This document shows, one piece after another, positions 7,023-7,578 of a DNA stretch of 7,578 bases (position 1 is its first letter; each line of letters begins with the position of its first letter). The DNA lies in assembly GCA_051294375.1 (NCBI GenBank), contig JBJCIZ010000651.1:19338-26915 (forward strand), read 5' to 3'. The notes under the pieces are model-generated. The model had not been told where the DNA came from. It made no database searches and was given only the letters and a program-made list of their open reading frames with translations. The position numbers and the translations under genes are program-made. Origin of the DNA: Paraspadella gotoi. Its lineage: Eukaryota; Animalia; Chaetognatha.

Positions 7023-7578
7023 CTTACGAGAGATACAAAAAACTGTTGGCAGGACCTACCCATCAGCTACCGAGGCAGAGCCGCGTACCGACACGCCATT
7101 TATCATCACGTGATCGGAACATCATACCAAACGCCCTGCGACCCGCCGCCCATCTATAAAATGAACGGCGAATACCGAGACGCGAAAGGACGCCCGTTCA
7201 AAAACTTTAAATCACTAACTACGACTATCCCCAACAAAGACGAACAAGTAACAACCGAAATCGACTTGTACGACGACGTCGGAAAATTCATGACTACACT
7301 ATAATAACACAGGCGAGGCTCATGATTTCACACGAGGATGGGAGAAATCACCGCCGGATCACCGGCCTCCTTCTTCAGGGACGTCCTAGGGGAAACGAAG
7401 TTAACAAAATGGTGGACCAGCCTCACGCGTACCGCCCCCATCATCGCCGCGGTCACCGCAGCATTGGTAGCCATCTTGTGCCTCAGCTGCTGCGGATACT
7501 GCTGCTGCAAGCTATGCGTGCGCTGCGCGAATAGAGAAATCGAGGCTGCAATAGACAATCTGGACGCCATGATCGCAG
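7023..7578 (+). CDS. env: Envelope-like glycoprotein, C-terminal fragment (chuvirus G / herpes gB-like), locally disrupted and open at the window end
   Basis: Frame +3 reads RDTKNCWQDLPISYRGRAAYRHAIYHHVIGTSYQTPCDPPPIYKMNGEY.... After stops at 7302, 7305 and 7323 the same frame resumes with MGEITAGSPASFFRDVLGETKLTKWWTSLTRTAPIIAAVTAALVAILCLSCCGYCCCKLCVRCANREIEAAIDNLDAMIA, which contains a hydrophobic helix (7434-7484) and a Cys cluster. It lies downstream of pol, as expected for env. Confidence 0.75.

Larger units (their letters stand above)
1..7578 (+). mobile_element. Ty3/Gypsy-type LTR retrotransposon or endogenous retrovirus-like element, internal part (pol plus env-like gene); truncated at both window edges
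   Basis: Domain order is PR-RT-RH-IN. RT motifs (LICDLSAVN, DILACFHQV, LPMGGVNS, YVDD) and the RNase H segment PLSFHSK resemble Gypsy more than BEL or Copia. The integrase has a GPY-type motif. pol and the 3' env-like piece share an A-rich, T-poor + strand. Whether 5494-7020 belongs to the element is uncertain. Confidence 0.9.

Noticed and set aside
7322-7570. Listed ORFs 7322-7534 (+) and 7328-7570 (-)
   Set aside because: They are alternative frames of the TM/Cys-rich env tail in frame +3, which is far more protein-like.
1-7578. Prokaryotic RT system (retron, DGR, group II intron, CRISPR-RT) or DIRS/BEL element
   Set aside because: The aspartic protease, Gypsy-type RNase H and DDE integrase with GPY motif indicate an LTR element. 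There are no repeat arrays or tyrosine recombinase, and the HINILE resemblance to DIRS is isolated.

Overview
The window is an internal fragment of a eukaryotic LTR retrotransposon of the Ty3/Gypsy (Metaviridae) type on the + strand, interrupted by many N gaps. Positions 3-5041 encode Pol in the order aspartic protease (YDTGA), reverse transcriptase (YVDD), RNase H (ADAS/E/TD/NPAD) and integrase (frameshifted HHCC, DDE core, GPY-type motif). Pol is unusually long and has two apparent extra modules, both recognised by eye. One is a DUF2188-like segment between protease and RT. The other is an OTU-protease-like domain followed by a long Pro-rich linker between RNase H and integrase. After a 452-nt gap there is about 1.5 kb of compositionally different DNA with no convincing ORF. 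From about 7025 to the window end lies the C-terminal part of an envelope-like glycoprotein, only partly captured by the ORF track. It has a chuvirus/herpes-gB-like motif, a Trp-Trp membrane-proximal segment, a transmembrane helix and a Cys-rich tail. The best candidate for a new system is an enveloped Gypsy retroelement combining a class-III-like env with an OTU-like module. No gag, LTR, PBS or PPT is recognisable, and no database searches were run.
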